From Gammaproteobacteria bacterium (GTDB taxonomy: Bacteria > Pseudomonadota > Gammaproteobacteria > Steroidobacterales > Rariloculaceae): a stretch of 64,000 nucleotides of DNA. Shown here piece by piece: positions 20,933 through 32,456 of the stretch. The translations under genes were made by a program, and so were the position numbers. The notes beneath the pieces are model-generated. The model saw only the letters and a list, made by a program, of their open reading frames with translations, ran no database searches and was not told where the DNA came from. The first letter of the stretch is position 1; each line of letters opens with the position of its first letter. Location: contig JBJHBP010000004.1 in NCBI GenBank assembly GCA_050485545.1, positions 67,808 through 131,807 of the forward strand. The letters run 5' to 3'.

Positions 20933-21640
20933 ATGCCAATGACCCGAACCCGTCGCCGGACACGGCGCGTATCCATCACGTCGCGACTGCTGCGCGCACT
21001 TGTGGTGGTACTGCCGCTGCTGGTACTGCTGCCAATGGCTCCGCTGCTGGCAATGCGCTGGCTGCCGCCGCCCGCCACCGCCTACATGCTGCAGTCGCCG
21101 GTCAAACCGGTCACCTACCAGTGGATCGGATGGGAGGCGCTGCCGGCCACCGTGCCGCTTGCGGCGGTCGCGTCCGAAGACCAGCGCTTCGTGCAGCACC
21201 GCGGTTTCGATACACAGGAGATTCGCAATGCGCTGCGCGACAGTGCGCAGGGTGGCCAGCTGCGCGGCGCATCGACCATCAGCCAGCAGGTGGCCCGCAA
21301 TCTTCTGCTGTGGCCGGGCGGCGGCTTCGCGCGCAAGGGAATCGAGGCGGTGCTGACGGTTCAGATCGAGCTGCTTTGGCCGAAGCGGCGAATTCTGGAA
21401 ATGTATCTCAACATAGCCGAATTCGCGCCCGGCGTTTACGGCATTGAAGCCGCGGCACGGCACCACTTCGGCAAATCCGCGCGGCAGCTGTCGGCGCGCG
21501 AGGCCGCCCTGCTGATGGCGGTGCTGCCCAGTCCGCGGCGGCTGGACGCCGGCAATCCTTCGTCCTACGTACGTGAGCGCGCCGACTGGATAGAACGGCA
21601 GATGCGCAGCCTCGGGCCCGGCTGGCTGGCCCCGCTCTGA
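20933..21640 (+). CDS. mtgA: Monofunctional biosynthetic peptidoglycan transglycosylase
   Basis: VASEDQRFVQHRGFD, GASTISQQVARNLLLWP and RILEMYLNIAEFAPGVYGIEAAARHHFG motifs of GT51. Start choice (20933 ATG vs 20903 GTG) is uncertain. Confidence 0.9.
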   Translation: MPMTRTRRRTRRVSITSRLLRALVVVLPLLVLLPMAPLLAMRWLPPPATAYMLQSPVKPVTYQWIGWEALPATVPLAAVASEDQRFVQHRGFDTQEIRNALRDSAQGGQLRGASTISQQVARNLLLWPGGGFARKGIEAVLTVQIELLWPKRRILEMYLNIAEFAPGVYGIEAAARHHFGKSARQLSAREAALLMAVLPSPRRLDAGNPSSYVRERADWIERQMRSLGPGWLAPL

Positions 21641-21777
21641 GGCCGCAGATCGCTCCGGCCGGCCGGCCAGCGGTCGGCCCACACCCTGGCGCGAACACGC
21701 TCGCCGTCGCGTCCGTCCGGTTTGGTTCGTGAGAGCCCGCGCTATACCATCGTGCCGGGACGGAGGAATGAATCCAC

Positions 21778-22170
21778 ATGAAACGTTACATGCGGCTGCT
21801 GATCATCATCGCCATCATCGCGGTCGTCGTGCTGATGCTGCGACTGCTGCCCGCCGCCTACGACACCGACCTCACCCGCGTGGGATCGGGCCAGGCGACA
21901 GCGGTACTGATACACGATCCGAACATCGTGCAGAGCGGCAATCTGATGCACGCCGTGGACCGCGTGCGTGGCGACTTTGAACCGGCGCTGCCGTTTCTGG
22001 TTGCCGACCAGAACCTCAGCGATGGCGCGGCGTTTGCAGCCCGGCACGGCCTGCCCATCGCGACCCTGGCGGTGTTCGACGACGACGGCACCCTGATCGG
22101 TGTCTACAGTGGCGCGCCCGACGCCACGGCAATCAGTGGATGGATCGCCGACCGCCTGCGCGGCCACTGA
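21778..22170 (+). CDS. Hypothetical membrane-anchored protein
   Basis: A single N-terminal TM helix (LLIIIAIIAVVVLMLRLL) followed by a soluble domain of about 100 aa. No family recognised with confidence. Confidence 0.45.
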   Translation: MKRYMRLLIIIAIIAVVVLMLRLLPAAYDTDLTRVGSGQATAVLIHDPNIVQSGNLMHAVDRVRGDFEPALPFLVADQNLSDGAAFAARHGLPIATLAVFDDDGTLIGVYSGAPDATAISGWIADRLRGH

Positions 22171-22334
22171 ACATCTGTTCCCGAAGGCCGCAACAGCAGC
22201 ACCGCTGAACCTTCCGCTGCGCCCGTTGTCAGCAATCAGTGAACCCGGGGGCGCACAGGTTGCATTTGCCCCGCTGCGGGCTACGATCACTGGCTCTATA
22301 ACGAACAATCAATCAGATACCCAGGAGGGTGGAG

Positions 22335-23285
22335 ATGAACTTTTCCCAGATTTCCCGCCGCGAAGTGCTGCGTACCGGTGTGGCGGCTGCCGCCGGCCTG
22401 GCGTTTGCGCATCCGCTGCTGTCACAGGCGCAGGGCAGCCTGCCGCAGATCACCCGAGCCATACCTTCCACCGGTGAACAGATTCCGGTCATCGGCCTGG
22501 GCACCAATGCCTACAACGCAAACTCACCCGAAGACATGGCGCCGCTGCGCGAAGTACTCGACAACATGCACCGACTGGGTGGCACCGTGATCGACACCGC
22601 GCGCGTCTACGGGCGCAGCGAGGAAGTGATCGGTGAGATCCTCGAGGAGCTGGACAACCGCGACAGCTACTTCGTCGCCTCCAAGACACCGATGGGCGGT
22701 GACTTCTCCGATCCCGAGGCCGTGCTCAATGTGTCGTTCGACAGACTGCGCATGGATCGCATCGACCTGATGATGGTTCACAACCTCGCTGGCACCGCCG
22801 AACTGATGCCCACCCTGCTGCGTGCCAAGGAACAGGGCCGCATCCGCTACGTGGGCATCAGCACGTCGTCCGACAACCAGTACGCGGGCATCATGGCTGC
22901 GATGCGCGAGTATCCGCTGGACGTGATCCAGGTGGACTACTCCATCGACAACCGTACCGCTGCCAATGAAGTGCTGCCGCTGGCGCAGGAACGCGGCATC
23001 GGCGTGATGATCAATACGCCGTTCGGTGGTCGCCGCAATGCGGCGGGCCTGTTCGCACAGACCCGTGACATGCAGCTGCCGGACTTCGCGAGCGAGATGG
23101 ATGTTACGAGCTGGGCGCAGTTTTTCCTGAAGTTCGTGGTTTCCCATCCGGCCGTGACGGTCGCCATTCCAGGCACGACACGCCTGACCAACCTCCAGGA
23201 CAACCAGGGCGCCGGTCGCGGCCGCCTCCCGGATGCGGCCATGCGCCGGCAGATCGAGACCTACTGGGAGAGCGTCAGAAGCTGA
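22335..23285 (+). CDS. Aldo/keto reductase with Tat-type signal peptide
   Basis: MNFSQISRREVLRTGVAAAAGLAFA signal, then AKR blocks (IDTARVYGRSEEVIG, DLMMVHN, RYVGIS). AGGAGGG lies 5 nt upstream of the ATG at 22335. Confidence 0.8.
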   Translation: MNFSQISRREVLRTGVAAAAGLAFAHPLLSQAQGSLPQITRAIPSTGEQIPVIGLGTNAYNANSPEDMAPLREVLDNMHRLGGTVIDTARVYGRSEEVIGEILEELDNRDSYFVASKTPMGGDFSDPEAVLNVSFDRLRMDRIDLMMVHNLAGTAELMPTLLRAKEQGRIRYVGISTSSDNQYAGIMAAMREYPLDVIQVDYSIDNRTAANEVLPLAQERGIGVMINTPFGGRRNAAGLFAQTRDMQLPDFASEMDVTSWAQFFLKFVVSHPAVTVAIPGTTRLTNLQDNQGAGRGRLPDAAMRRQIETYWESVRS

Positions 23286-23309
23286 ACCTGATAACCTGAT
23301 CGCGTAATT

Positions 23310-23349
23310 CGAACGGCCAGCCGGTTAATATCGGCTGGCCGTTCTTTTT
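23310..23349 (+). terminator. Rho-independent terminator downstream of the aldo/keto reductase
   Basis: Perfect 13-bp stem GAACGGCCAGCCG / CGGCTGGCCGTTC with an 8-nt loop, followed directly by TTTTTT. Confidence 0.85.
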
Positions 23350-23392
23350 TGCCTGCACGTGCGGCCGGCGGGGCCGGCACCGGAGATGCAGC

Positions 23393-25012
23393 ATGGACCA
23401 CGATCAGGGCCGTCGAGAAGCCGCCGGACCAGCACCGGAAACGGAGGCGTCCACCAACGCACCGGTGGATGATCCGCAGCAGCTGCTGCTGCGCGAACGC
23501 ATCAAGGAACTGCGCTGCCTGTATCGCGTGCTCGAGCTCACCACCAGCGACGCGCTGTCGACGGCCGACGTTGTCGACGAGGTGGCTTCCATCCTGGCCC
23601 AAAGCATGCTGCACAGCGACATTACGTCGGTGCGCGTGATGATCGACGACATCGAGCACCGCAATCGCGGCTGGTTGCAGCCCGTTGTCACGGTCAGCCG
23701 GGACATCGTCGCCGGCGGCAAAACGGTGGGCTTTGTGGAAGCCGGATACAGCCAGATCCGTCCCGGACCGCTGACCGGCGATGACGCCTTTCTGGCGGAA
23801 GAGCATGAGCTGATCGAAGGCGTGGCCCTGCATCTGGGACGCATGCTGAACAACCGCCGGGTGGCAGACGTGCTGGCACAGGCCGAGCGACTGAACGCGA
23901 TCGGCCAGCTCACCGGCGGCGTGGCGCACGACTTCAATAACCTGCTTACGGTGATACGCGGCAACGCCGAGCTGCTGATCGATGAACTGGTGGCCGACCG
24001 GCGGCTTCGCCAGCTCGCTGAGATGATAGATACCGCGGCCGATCGCGGTGCCGAGCTCACGCGCGGTCTGCTTGCCTTCGCCAGGCGACAGGCACTGGAG
24101 CCGAAGGTGATCGACACCAACCTGCTGATCAGCGGCATGGATGATCTGCTACGCAGCGCGCTGGGCGAGCACATCGAGATCGAATTCGTTCGCGGGGCCG
24201 GACTGTGGCCAGCGCTGGTCGATGCCGCGCAACTTGAAAGTTCGCTGCTGAACCTGTGCCTGAACGCACGAGACGCCATGCCGCGTGGCGGCAGGCTGAC
24301 CATCGAAACCGCCAACGTCCACCTCGGCCGCAGTTACACCGATCAGCAGGAGGATCTGGCGCCCGGCCAGTACGTGATGCTCGCGGTGTCCGATACCGGC
24401 ACCGGGATCGCCGCCGAACACATCAATCATGTGATCGAACCGTTCTTCACCACCAAGACCAAGGGCAAAGGAACGGGGCTGGGCCTCTCCACGGTGTATG
24501 GTTTCGCAAAACAGTCACGCGGCCATCTGCGCATCTACTCCGAAGCCGGAGAAGGTACGACGGTGCGCCTGTATCTGCCGCGTGCCAAAGGCGCGGCGAG
24601 CAACCCCGTTTCAGACCAAGAACGAGAGCGAAAAAATATGGGATCCGGACTGATACTGCTAGTTGAGGACGACGACCTGGTGCGACGTTTCGCGCGCCAG
24701 CAGCTCATCGCAATGGGCTACGACGTGATCGCCGCACCCAATGGCCCCGAAGCCATGGCAGTCCTGCGAGAACGCGATGACATCGATCTGCTGTTCACCG
24801 ACATCGTGATGCCCGGCGGCATGAGCGGCCGGGATCTGGCGGAGGCCGCCATCAAGCTGCGGCCCAACCTGAAGGTGCTGTACACCTCCGGCTACAGCGA
24901 GAACGCGATCGTCCACCACGGCCGCCTGGACCCCGGCGTGCGCCTGCTGAGCAAGCCCTATCGGCGCGAGGAACTGGCTGCGGCGCTGAAGGACGCGATG
25001 GGAGACGCCTGA
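23393..25012 (+). CDS. Hybrid sensor histidine kinase / response regulator
   Basis: H-box GGVAHDFNNLLTVIRG, HATPase G-boxes (DTGTGI, GKGTGLGLSTVYG), and a C-terminal receiver (ILLVEDDDLVR...DLLFTDIVMPG...K). The N-terminal sensory region has an ERIKELRCLYRV motif. Confidence 0.88.
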   Translation: MDHDQGRREAAGPAPETEASTNAPVDDPQQLLLRERIKELRCLYRVLELTTSDALSTADVVDEVASILAQSMLHSDITSVRVMIDDIEHRNRGWLQPVVTVSRDIVAGGKTVGFVEAGYSQIRPGPLTGDDAFLAEEHELIEGVALHLGRMLNNRRVADVLAQAERLNAIGQLTGGVAHDFNNLLTVIRGNAELLIDELVADRRLRQLAEMIDTAADRGAELTRGLLAFARRQALEPKVIDTNLLISGMDDLLRSALGEHIEIEFVRGAGLWPALVDAAQLESSLLNLCLNARDAMPRGGRLTIETANVHLGRSYTDQQEDLAPGQYVMLAVSDTGTGIAAEHINHVIEPFFTTKTKGKGTGLGLSTVYGFAKQSRGHLRIYSEAGEGTTVRLYLPRAKGAASNPVSDQERERKNMGSGLILLVEDDDLVRRFARQQLIAMGYDVIAAPNGPEAMAVLRERDDIDLLFTDIVMPGGMSGRDLAEAAIKLRPNLKVLYTSGYSENAIVHHGRLDPGVRLLSKPYRREELAAALKDAMGDA

Positions 25013-25090
25013 GCCTGCGATGGAACCAGCGCGTATCCAGGTTTGGTTAATCGAGGACCCGGGCCTGAACGGTCTAGTGCTCTTCGGGTT

Positions 25091-26224
25091 TCACAGCGCC
25101 AGATTACCCGTGTTAACGGCCCGGAATACCAGTTCGCCGCGGCGCAGTGGCGTTGGCGTTTTCACCGCGGGGCTGACGACGTAATTCTCCCCGGCAGGAT
25201 ACAGGGCGCGAAATGCCTCGACCGGCGCGGCATCGAGCCGGTCCGGGTTGATCTTGCATTCGACGACATCCACACGCTCTCGCGTGCGCCGAATCACGAA
25301 GTCAATTTCCCGGCGAGACTTATCCTGCCAGTAGAAAATGTCCTCATCGGCGAAGCTGAAGCGCAGGCTGTCCAGCACCAGGTGCTCCCACAACAGCCCT
25401 CGATCGTCGTTGCGGATCGTATCCCAGCCTTTTTCAAAGGTAACGAAACCGGTGTCGAAGGCATAACACTTGGGTCGGCTGACGATCTCGCGCTTGCCGC
25501 CGCCGTGGAAGGGCCGCAGCAGGTGCACCACATGGGCGATCTGCATGGCCTCGAGGTGCGATTTGACCGTGACCCGGCTCATCTCGCTCAGGTTGGCCAG
25601 CTGGCTGTAGTCCAACTGGCCGCCGCTCTGGCGCAGCAGCAGCCGGAACAACGCGAGAAAACCCTGGCGATTGCGTATGCCGAACAGTTCGAGGATGTCC
25701 CGCGCATAGAAACTATCGATCCACTCGTTCAGGAAAGCCGGATCCTTGCGTCTGGCGAGCAACAGCTCGGGCAGGCCGCCGTGCAGCAGTCGGTGATCGA
25801 GATCCGGTACGCCGAAAGGCTCCGCACACTCTTGCCAGAGCACCGGGCAGAGATGAATCGAGCGTTTGCGCCCGGTCAGCGTATCGCTGAACTTGCGCGT
25901 TGCCGCCAGCGTGGAGGAGCCGGTGGCCAGCACCTTCAGACGGGGGTATTCGTCGGCGGCGATCTTCAGCAGGCGGCTGGGATCATCGAGCCGATGAACT
26001 TCGTCGAACACCAGCACCGCATCCTTCGCCTGCGCGCCGAGAAACAGCTCCGGATCCTCCAGCGCGCGCACGGATGAGGGCAGATCGCAGTTCAGATACA
26101 CCGCATCGGGCAGCATCCGGGCAATCGTCGTCTTGCCCACCCGCCGCACACCGGACAGCCAGACCACAGACCGCTGGGTCCAGGCCTGCTTAACTCGCTC
26201 CAGCCAGAGGGGCCGCTCGATCAT
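25091..26224 (-). CDS. AAA-family ATPase with DUF4143 domain
   Basis: Walker A context VWLSGVRRVGKTT, then the AAA_14/DUF4143 architecture typical of stand-alone ATP-binding proteins (377 aa). Confidence 0.75.
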   Translation of the reverse strand: MIERPLWLERVKQAWTQRSVVWLSGVRRVGKTTIARMLPDAVYLNCDLPSSVRALEDPELFLGAQAKDAVLVFDEVHRLDDPSRLLKIAADEYPRLKVLATGSSTLAATRKFSDTLTGRKRSIHLCPVLWQECAEPFGVPDLDHRLLHGGLPELLLARRKDPAFLNEWIDSFYARDILELFGIRNRQGFLALFRLLLRQSGGQLDYSQLANLSEMSRVTVKSHLEAMQIAHVVHLLRPFHGGGKREIVSRPKCYAFDTGFVTFEKGWDTIRNDDRGLLWEHLVLDSLRFSFADEDIFYWQDKSRREIDFVIRRTRERVDVVECKINPDRLDAAPVEAFRALYPAGENYVVSPAVKTPTPLRRGELVFRAVNTGNLAL

Positions 26225-26232
26225 GCCATCGT

Positions 26233-26260
26233 ATTATACGTTTGGTCGTCCATATGTAAA
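26233..26260 (-). promoter_or_regulatory. Near-consensus sigma70-type promoter, apparently giving a leaderless DUF4143-ATPase mRNA
   Basis: Minus strand reads TTTACA-16 nt-TATAAT. The -10 hexamer ends 8 nt upstream of the ATG at 26224, and no SD is present. Confidence 0.5.
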
Positions 26261-26534
26261 GTATGGAAGCGGCAGTCATCGGTCGTTTCGGTTCACTTGT
26301 CGCGAACAGGACGGCCGTCGGCGCGGCGTCATCAATGTTGCGGCTGTCAGGCGCGAGCCGCAGCCGACATCGCCCAGGTCAATGTGAACTCAAGCCTGGG
26401 GAAAGAGGGGTTCACCGATGCTGATTTCCCAAAGCGTCCAAAGAAGACAACATCGAAGTCGCGACCGATCGCCTCGCGCGTCGTTGCACACGCCAGCCAC
26501 CAGCGCGCGCAACTCAATGGCCCCCTGTTTTAAT

Positions 26535-26610
<76 letters not shown>

Positions 26611-26635
26611 GTTTGCGGGGCGTTTGAGGCGACGT

Positions 26636-26664
26636 ATTAGACCGGCAGGCTTCCGGGCCGTCAA
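26636..26664 (-). promoter_or_regulatory. Candidate promoter of tRNA-Phe
   Basis: Minus strand reads TTGACG-17 nt-TCTAAT, about 25 nt upstream of the mature tRNA 5' end, with a GC-rich discriminator. Confidence 0.4.
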
Positions 26665-26689
26665 GGCGCGGATTGGCGAACAAGGTATT

Positions 26690-26718
26690 TTGACACTGTC
26701 ACATTCGGCGGCTAGGCT
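26690..26718 (+). promoter_or_regulatory. Candidate egtBD promoter with overlapping palindrome
   Basis: TTGACA-17 nt-TAGGCT. The -35 lies inside the perfect 5-1-5 palindrome TGACAcTGTCA (26691-26701). Confidence 0.4.
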
Positions 26719-26768
26719 GGAAATTCGCGTCTTCTTTACTAAAGAGCCACCGGATCGGGCCACAGGGA

Positions 26769-28104
<1,336 letters not shown>

Positions 28105-28112
<8 letters not shown>

Positions 28113-29082
28113 GCAGGCCCCGGCGCTGACGATCGCCAACGAGTCGCCGCCGGACCTGGCCGATGACGCGGCCGAGGTTCTGAACGGACTGACGGCAGCG
28201 CACAAGCGCCTGTCACCCAAATACTTCTACGACGAGCGCGGGTCGCGGCTGTTCGACGAGATCTGCGAGCTGCCGGAGTACTACCCCACGCGCAGCGAAC
28301 TGGCCATCATGCGCCGCGAGCTGCCGGCGATCGCCAGGCTGATTGGTCCGCAGGCGTCGGTGATCGAGTTCGGTGCCGGCTCCAGCCTGAAGATCCGGCT
28401 GCTGCTCGATCACCTGATCGACCCGAGCGCCTACGTGCCGGTGGACATCTCCGGCGACTACCTCGCCGATCAGGCCGCCGCGCTGGCGGCGGACTATCCG
28501 CGCCTGCAGATCCAGCCGGTGCTCGCGGACTTCACGAGGCCGTTCGACCTGCCGCGCCATGCTGTCATGCCGCTGCGCAATCTGGTGTTCTTCCCCGGTT
28601 CGACGATCGGCAATTTCTCGCGCAGACAGGCCGGCGAGTTGCTCGAGGTGATGCGGCTTGAGGCCGGCGACAACGGCGCGGCGCTGGTCGGTGTGGATCT
28701 GCGCAAGGATCCGGACATCCTTCGCGCCGCCTACAACGACAGCCGCGGCGTCACGGCGCAGTTCAATCTGAACGTGCTACGGCGCCTGAATCATGAGCTG
28801 GGCGCCGACTTCGATCTCGACGCATTCGCGCATGAAGCGGTCTACGATGAAGCCGAAGGCCGGATCGAAATGCGCCTGATCAGCCAGCGTGCACAGATCG
28901 TGCGCGTGTCCGGCACGGCGATTCCGTTCCGGCGAGGCGAATACATCGTCACCGAACATTCTCACAAGTACTCGCTGGAAGAGTTCCGCGAACTGGCGGC
29001 ACGCTCGGGGTTCGACACCAGCGGCGTGTGGCTGGACGAGGGGCAGCTGTTCAGCCTGCACTACCTGACGCCGGCTGCCTGA
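28105..29082 (+). CDS. egtD: L-histidine N-alpha-methyltransferase EgtD
   Basis: LSPKYFYDERGSRLFDEICELPEYYPTRSE, EFGAGSSLK and FFPGSTIGNF motifs. The ATG overlaps the egtB 3' end by 8 nt. Confidence 0.88.
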
Positions 29083-29294
29083 GCGCGAAGCGCGCCGGCA
29101 CGGACGGCGCGCGGCAGGCGGTTCAGGAACCGCTCCCAGATCCGCTCATGAAAGAAATACGCCACGGTGTTCACCAGCGGCTCGATCAGCGCCACCGCGC
29201 CACCCAGCAGCGGATCGCCTGTCATGACATAGACCACGCCGAAAGCCACCGTCATGTGGGTAATCGCGAATGTCGCTGTCTTGATGGGAGTCAT
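29061..29294 (-). CDS. DUF2061 small membrane protein
   Basis: MTPIKTATFAITHMTVAFGVVYVMTGDPLLGGAVALIEPLVNTVAYFFHERIWERF is the DUF2061 signature. The upstream part of the tracked ORF was discarded. Confidence 0.7.
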   Translation of the reverse strand: MTPIKTATFAITHMTVAFGVVYVMTGDPLLGGAVALIEPLVNTVAYFFHERIWERFLNRLPRAVRAGALRAQAAGVR

Positions 29295-29507
29295 GTCCGC
29301 CTCCGGGTGTTCGCCATTGCGCCTGAAGCCCATGGTAGGCGCTGCAATGCGAATCATCCAATGTATTAATACGGATACATTCTTCGCTTTTATGCAAATG
29401 CAAAGATTTCGCTGTTGTCGTGGCGATGCGGCCGGAGCACGGTAGAATCGTCCCAGCGTCCAACACATTCAGTTTGCCCAATAACTTCCAATAAGGCGCC
29501 GTCGGCA

Positions 29508-30464
29508 ATGAAACGGCGCCAACAACCACGGGGGCACTTCAAGATGATCGAACCCAGTCGAGGGCGGCTGCAGCCGCTGATCCGGACTTTCCTGCTCACT
29601 GTGCTGATCGGCAGCTGCCCGACATTCACCGTTGCCCAGCCTCCGCAGGCCGCACCGGCGCCGGTCCCCGAAACCGTCAGAATTCCCCGCCCGAGCGATG
29701 CCGAGGTGGAGCGCGCGCGCCAGGCGCTGGCTCAGTTCGTGCGCGGCGCCGATGCCGCCACGCGAGAGTTGCTGGAACGCTATCCGGGCCTGATCGACGT
29801 CCACCGGCCGCAAGCCAACTCCGCGATCGTGCCCAACCTCGCGCAGTTCTTTCGCGCACGTCACGAGGAGAATCTGGAGGTGGCCCGCCAGGGCGACATC
29901 GAACTGCTGCTGATGGGCGACTCGATCACCGACTTCTGGCGCAATGCGGAAGGCGCGTTCGCCGGCCGACCCGTGCTCGACGAGTACTTCGGTGAGTGGA
30001 AGATCGCGAACTTCGGCATCGCCGGTGACACGACGCAGGGCGTGCTGTATCGACTGCAGAACGGCGAAGGCCAGGGCTTCCAGCCGCGCGCCGTGATGCT
30101 GATGATCGGCACGAACAACACCGGTCGCAATTCGGCGGCCGAGATCGCCGAGGGCATCGGCGCCGTGGTGCTGCAGCTCAGAACGAGCTTCCCCGAGGCG
30201 CCGATCCTGCTGCTGGGCGTGTTTCCCCGCGGCGCCGCGAACGACCCGGTGCGCGACACCATCGCCGAGATCAACCGACGCATCTCGGCCCTGCACGACG
30301 GACGCACGGTGCACTACATGGACATCGGCGAACACTTTCTCGATCAGAACGGCAACATCCCCACCACGGTCATGAGCGACGCGCTGCATCCGTCCACCGA
30401 GGGTTACCGTATCTGGGCACGCGCGGTGCAAGCGCCGCTCACCCGACTGATGGAAACCGACTGA
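29508..30464 (+). CDS. Secreted SGNH/GDSL-family hydrolase (PAF-acetylhydrolase-IB-like esterase)
   Basis: Blocks I-V are present: LLMGDSITDFW, GIAGDTT, MIGTNN, SDALHPSTEGY. An N-terminal signal-like segment is present. Start choice is uncertain (29508 or 29544). Confidence 0.75.
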   Translation: MKRRQQPRGHFKMIEPSRGRLQPLIRTFLLTVLIGSCPTFTVAQPPQAAPAPVPETVRIPRPSDAEVERARQALAQFVRGADAATRELLERYPGLIDVHRPQANSAIVPNLAQFFRARHEENLEVARQGDIELLLMGDSITDFWRNAEGAFAGRPVLDEYFGEWKIANFGIAGDTTQGVLYRLQNGEGQGFQPRAVMLMIGTNNTGRNSAAEIAEGIGAVVLQLRTSFPEAPILLLGVFPRGAANDPVRDTIAEINRRISALHDGRTVHYMDIGEHFLDQNGNIPTTVMSDALHPSTEGYRIWARAVQAPLTRLMETD

Positions 30465-31891
30465 TGCGGACCGCCACAACCGCGGCAGCCTCGCTGGCAG
30501 CCTTGTGTCTCACCGGCATCCCGGCAGGCACGCTGGCACAGGACGCGGACACCGCGGCTGCATCGCCACCGGAATGGTCCACCGCCGACGATCACGCCGA
30601 CATGCGTCGCCAGCTGGGCATCACCGCGCTGCGGCCAGGCCCCAGCGGTCGCGACGACGCGCCCAATGCCGCCAATTACGATGAGGCGCTGGCGAATCCG
30701 TATCCGGACTGGCCCGAACTGCTGGTGCTCGACGACGGTACGCCGGTCACGAGTGCCGATGACTGGTGGAACCGCCGCCGTCCACAGATCGTCGAGGCCT
30801 TCGAACGTGAAGTCATCGGTCGTGTGCCGGTTGATGTTCCAGCCGTGCAGTGGCGCGTCGCGGCCACGGAAACGGGCACGGTGGCCGGTCACGCCGTGCA
30901 GGGTCGGCAACTGATTGGCCGCGCGGACAACAGCGGCTATCCGCTGATCGACGTGGAAATCGAGTTCACGCTGGTGTTGCCGGCGGACACCGATGGCCCG
31001 GTGCCTGTGATGATGATGTTTCGCGGCGGCAGCCTGGCCGAAGCGGTGGGCAACGCCGAGCCACGCCGATTCGGGCCACCCAGCGATGAACCTTCAGCCA
31101 ACGAGCAGCTGATCGCCGCCGGCTGGGGATTCGCGTATCTGAATCCGACCAGCGTTCAGGCCGACAACGGCGCCGGCCTTACACGCGGCATCATCGGCCT
31201 GGCAAACCGCGGCCAGCCGCGCAGCCCCGAGGACTGGGGCGCGCTGCGGGCCTGGGCGTGGGGCGCAGCACGTGCGCTGGATTTCCTGGAAACCGAGCCG
31301 GCCGTGGATGCCGGTCGCGTTGGCATCGAGGGCGTGTCGCGCTACGGCAAGGCGGCGCTGGTGACCATGGCCTTCGAACCGCGTTTCGCGGTGGGCTTCA
31401 TCGGCTCGTCCGGCGAAGGCGGTGCCTCACCGTACCGGCGCAACTTTGGCGAGGCGGTGGAGAACCTCACCGGCAGTGGCCAGTATCACTGGATGGCTGG
31501 CAACTTCCTCAGGTATGGCGCGGATGAATCGGCTTTCGGCCGCATGAACGCCAACGATCTGCCGATCGACTCGCACTCGCTGATTGCGCTGAGCGCACCA
31601 AGGCCCACGTTCATCAGCTACGGCATTCCCGAGCAGGGCGATGCGCTGTGGCTGGATCAGCAGGGCAGCTACATGGCCACGGTCGCGGCCGGCAGCGTGT
31701 TCTCACTGCTGGGCGTGAAAGACACGGGTACCGGCGAACACTATCAGGAAGCTACGATGCCGGCGGTCGGTGTCAGCCTGCTCGACGGCCGACTGGCATG
31801 GCGCCAGCACGACGGCGGCCACACCACCGGTCCCAACTGGCGCCATTTCATACCCTGGGCGGCACGCGAACTGGGACTGGCCCGGGACTGA
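30464..31891 (+). CDS. Secreted alpha/beta hydrolase, glucuronoyl-esterase-like (CE15-like)
   Basis: Signal peptide, the nucleophile motif GVSRYGKAAL (CE15 consensus G-C-S-R-x-G-K), and a C-terminal HDGGHTTG. The ATG overlaps the SGNH stop (TGATG). Confidence 0.6.
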   Translation: MRTATTAAASLAALCLTGIPAGTLAQDADTAAASPPEWSTADDHADMRRQLGITALRPGPSGRDDAPNAANYDEALANPYPDWPELLVLDDGTPVTSADDWWNRRRPQIVEAFEREVIGRVPVDVPAVQWRVAATETGTVAGHAVQGRQLIGRADNSGYPLIDVEIEFTLVLPADTDGPVPVMMMFRGGSLAEAVGNAEPRRFGPPSDEPSANEQLIAAGWGFAYLNPTSVQADNGAGLTRGIIGLANRGQPRSPEDWGALRAWAWGAARALDFLETEPAVDAGRVGIEGVSRYGKAALVTMAFEPRFAVGFIGSSGEGGASPYRRNFGEAVENLTGSGQYHWMAGNFLRYGADESAFGRMNANDLPIDSHSLIALSAPRPTFISYGIPEQGDALWLDQQGSYMATVAAGSVFSLLGVKDTGTGEHYQEATMPAVGVSLLDGRLAWRQHDGGHTTGPNWRHFIPWAARELGLARD

Positions 31892-31922
31892 CGATCGCTT
31901 CGGATCAGCGCCCCATCCGCAC

Positions 31923-32456
31923 TCAGTCCCGGACCAGCATCAGGGTGGCTTCGTCGATCTGCCTTTCCATGTCCATCATCGCCTGTCCCAGATCGTTCAA
32001 TGCGGCCTGGAGCGATTCGGTGATGAACTGTGGCCGCATCATCAGGCTTTCGAAAGCATCGTCCATGCGATAAAGCGCTGCGGTGTGCCGGTCATCGATC
32101 TGCACCAGTTCTTCCTCGCTGAACGGCGAACTCCACAGATCAAGTTCCGCTTCGCTGTACTGCGAAATCGCGACCAGCGCTTCAACCATGCCGGCACCGG
32201 CCATCCTGGCGCGAGGCAGGATATCCGACTGCAACCGTGCTGCAGCCGTGTCCGCCGTGTCGTCGTCACGAATGCCGGCGATCGCATCCGCCAGATCGTT
32301 GTATACAGCCGTCATGCTCTGCGTGGACTGCAGCATGCCAACCATCGGATGTTCGTCGGACGGCTCATCGGAGCCGCCACAGGCAGCCAGCAGCAGTGCA
32401 CAGAACATTGCCGCGGCAATGAAGGCCACGGGACGCTTGTACAGATTGGTCTTCAC
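31923..32456 (-). CDS. Hypothetical lipoprotein
   Basis: Lipobox LLLAAC after a basic N-terminus, then a helical acidic domain. No family recognised. Confidence 0.5.
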   Translation of the reverse strand: MKTNLYKRPVAFIAAAMFCALLLAACGGSDEPSDEHPMVGMLQSTQSMTAVYNDLADAIAGIRDDDTADTAAARLQSDILPRARMAGAGMVEALVAISQYSEAELDLWSSPFSEEELVQIDDRHTAALYRMDDAFESLMMRPQFITESLQAALNDLGQAMMDMERQIDEATLMLVRD

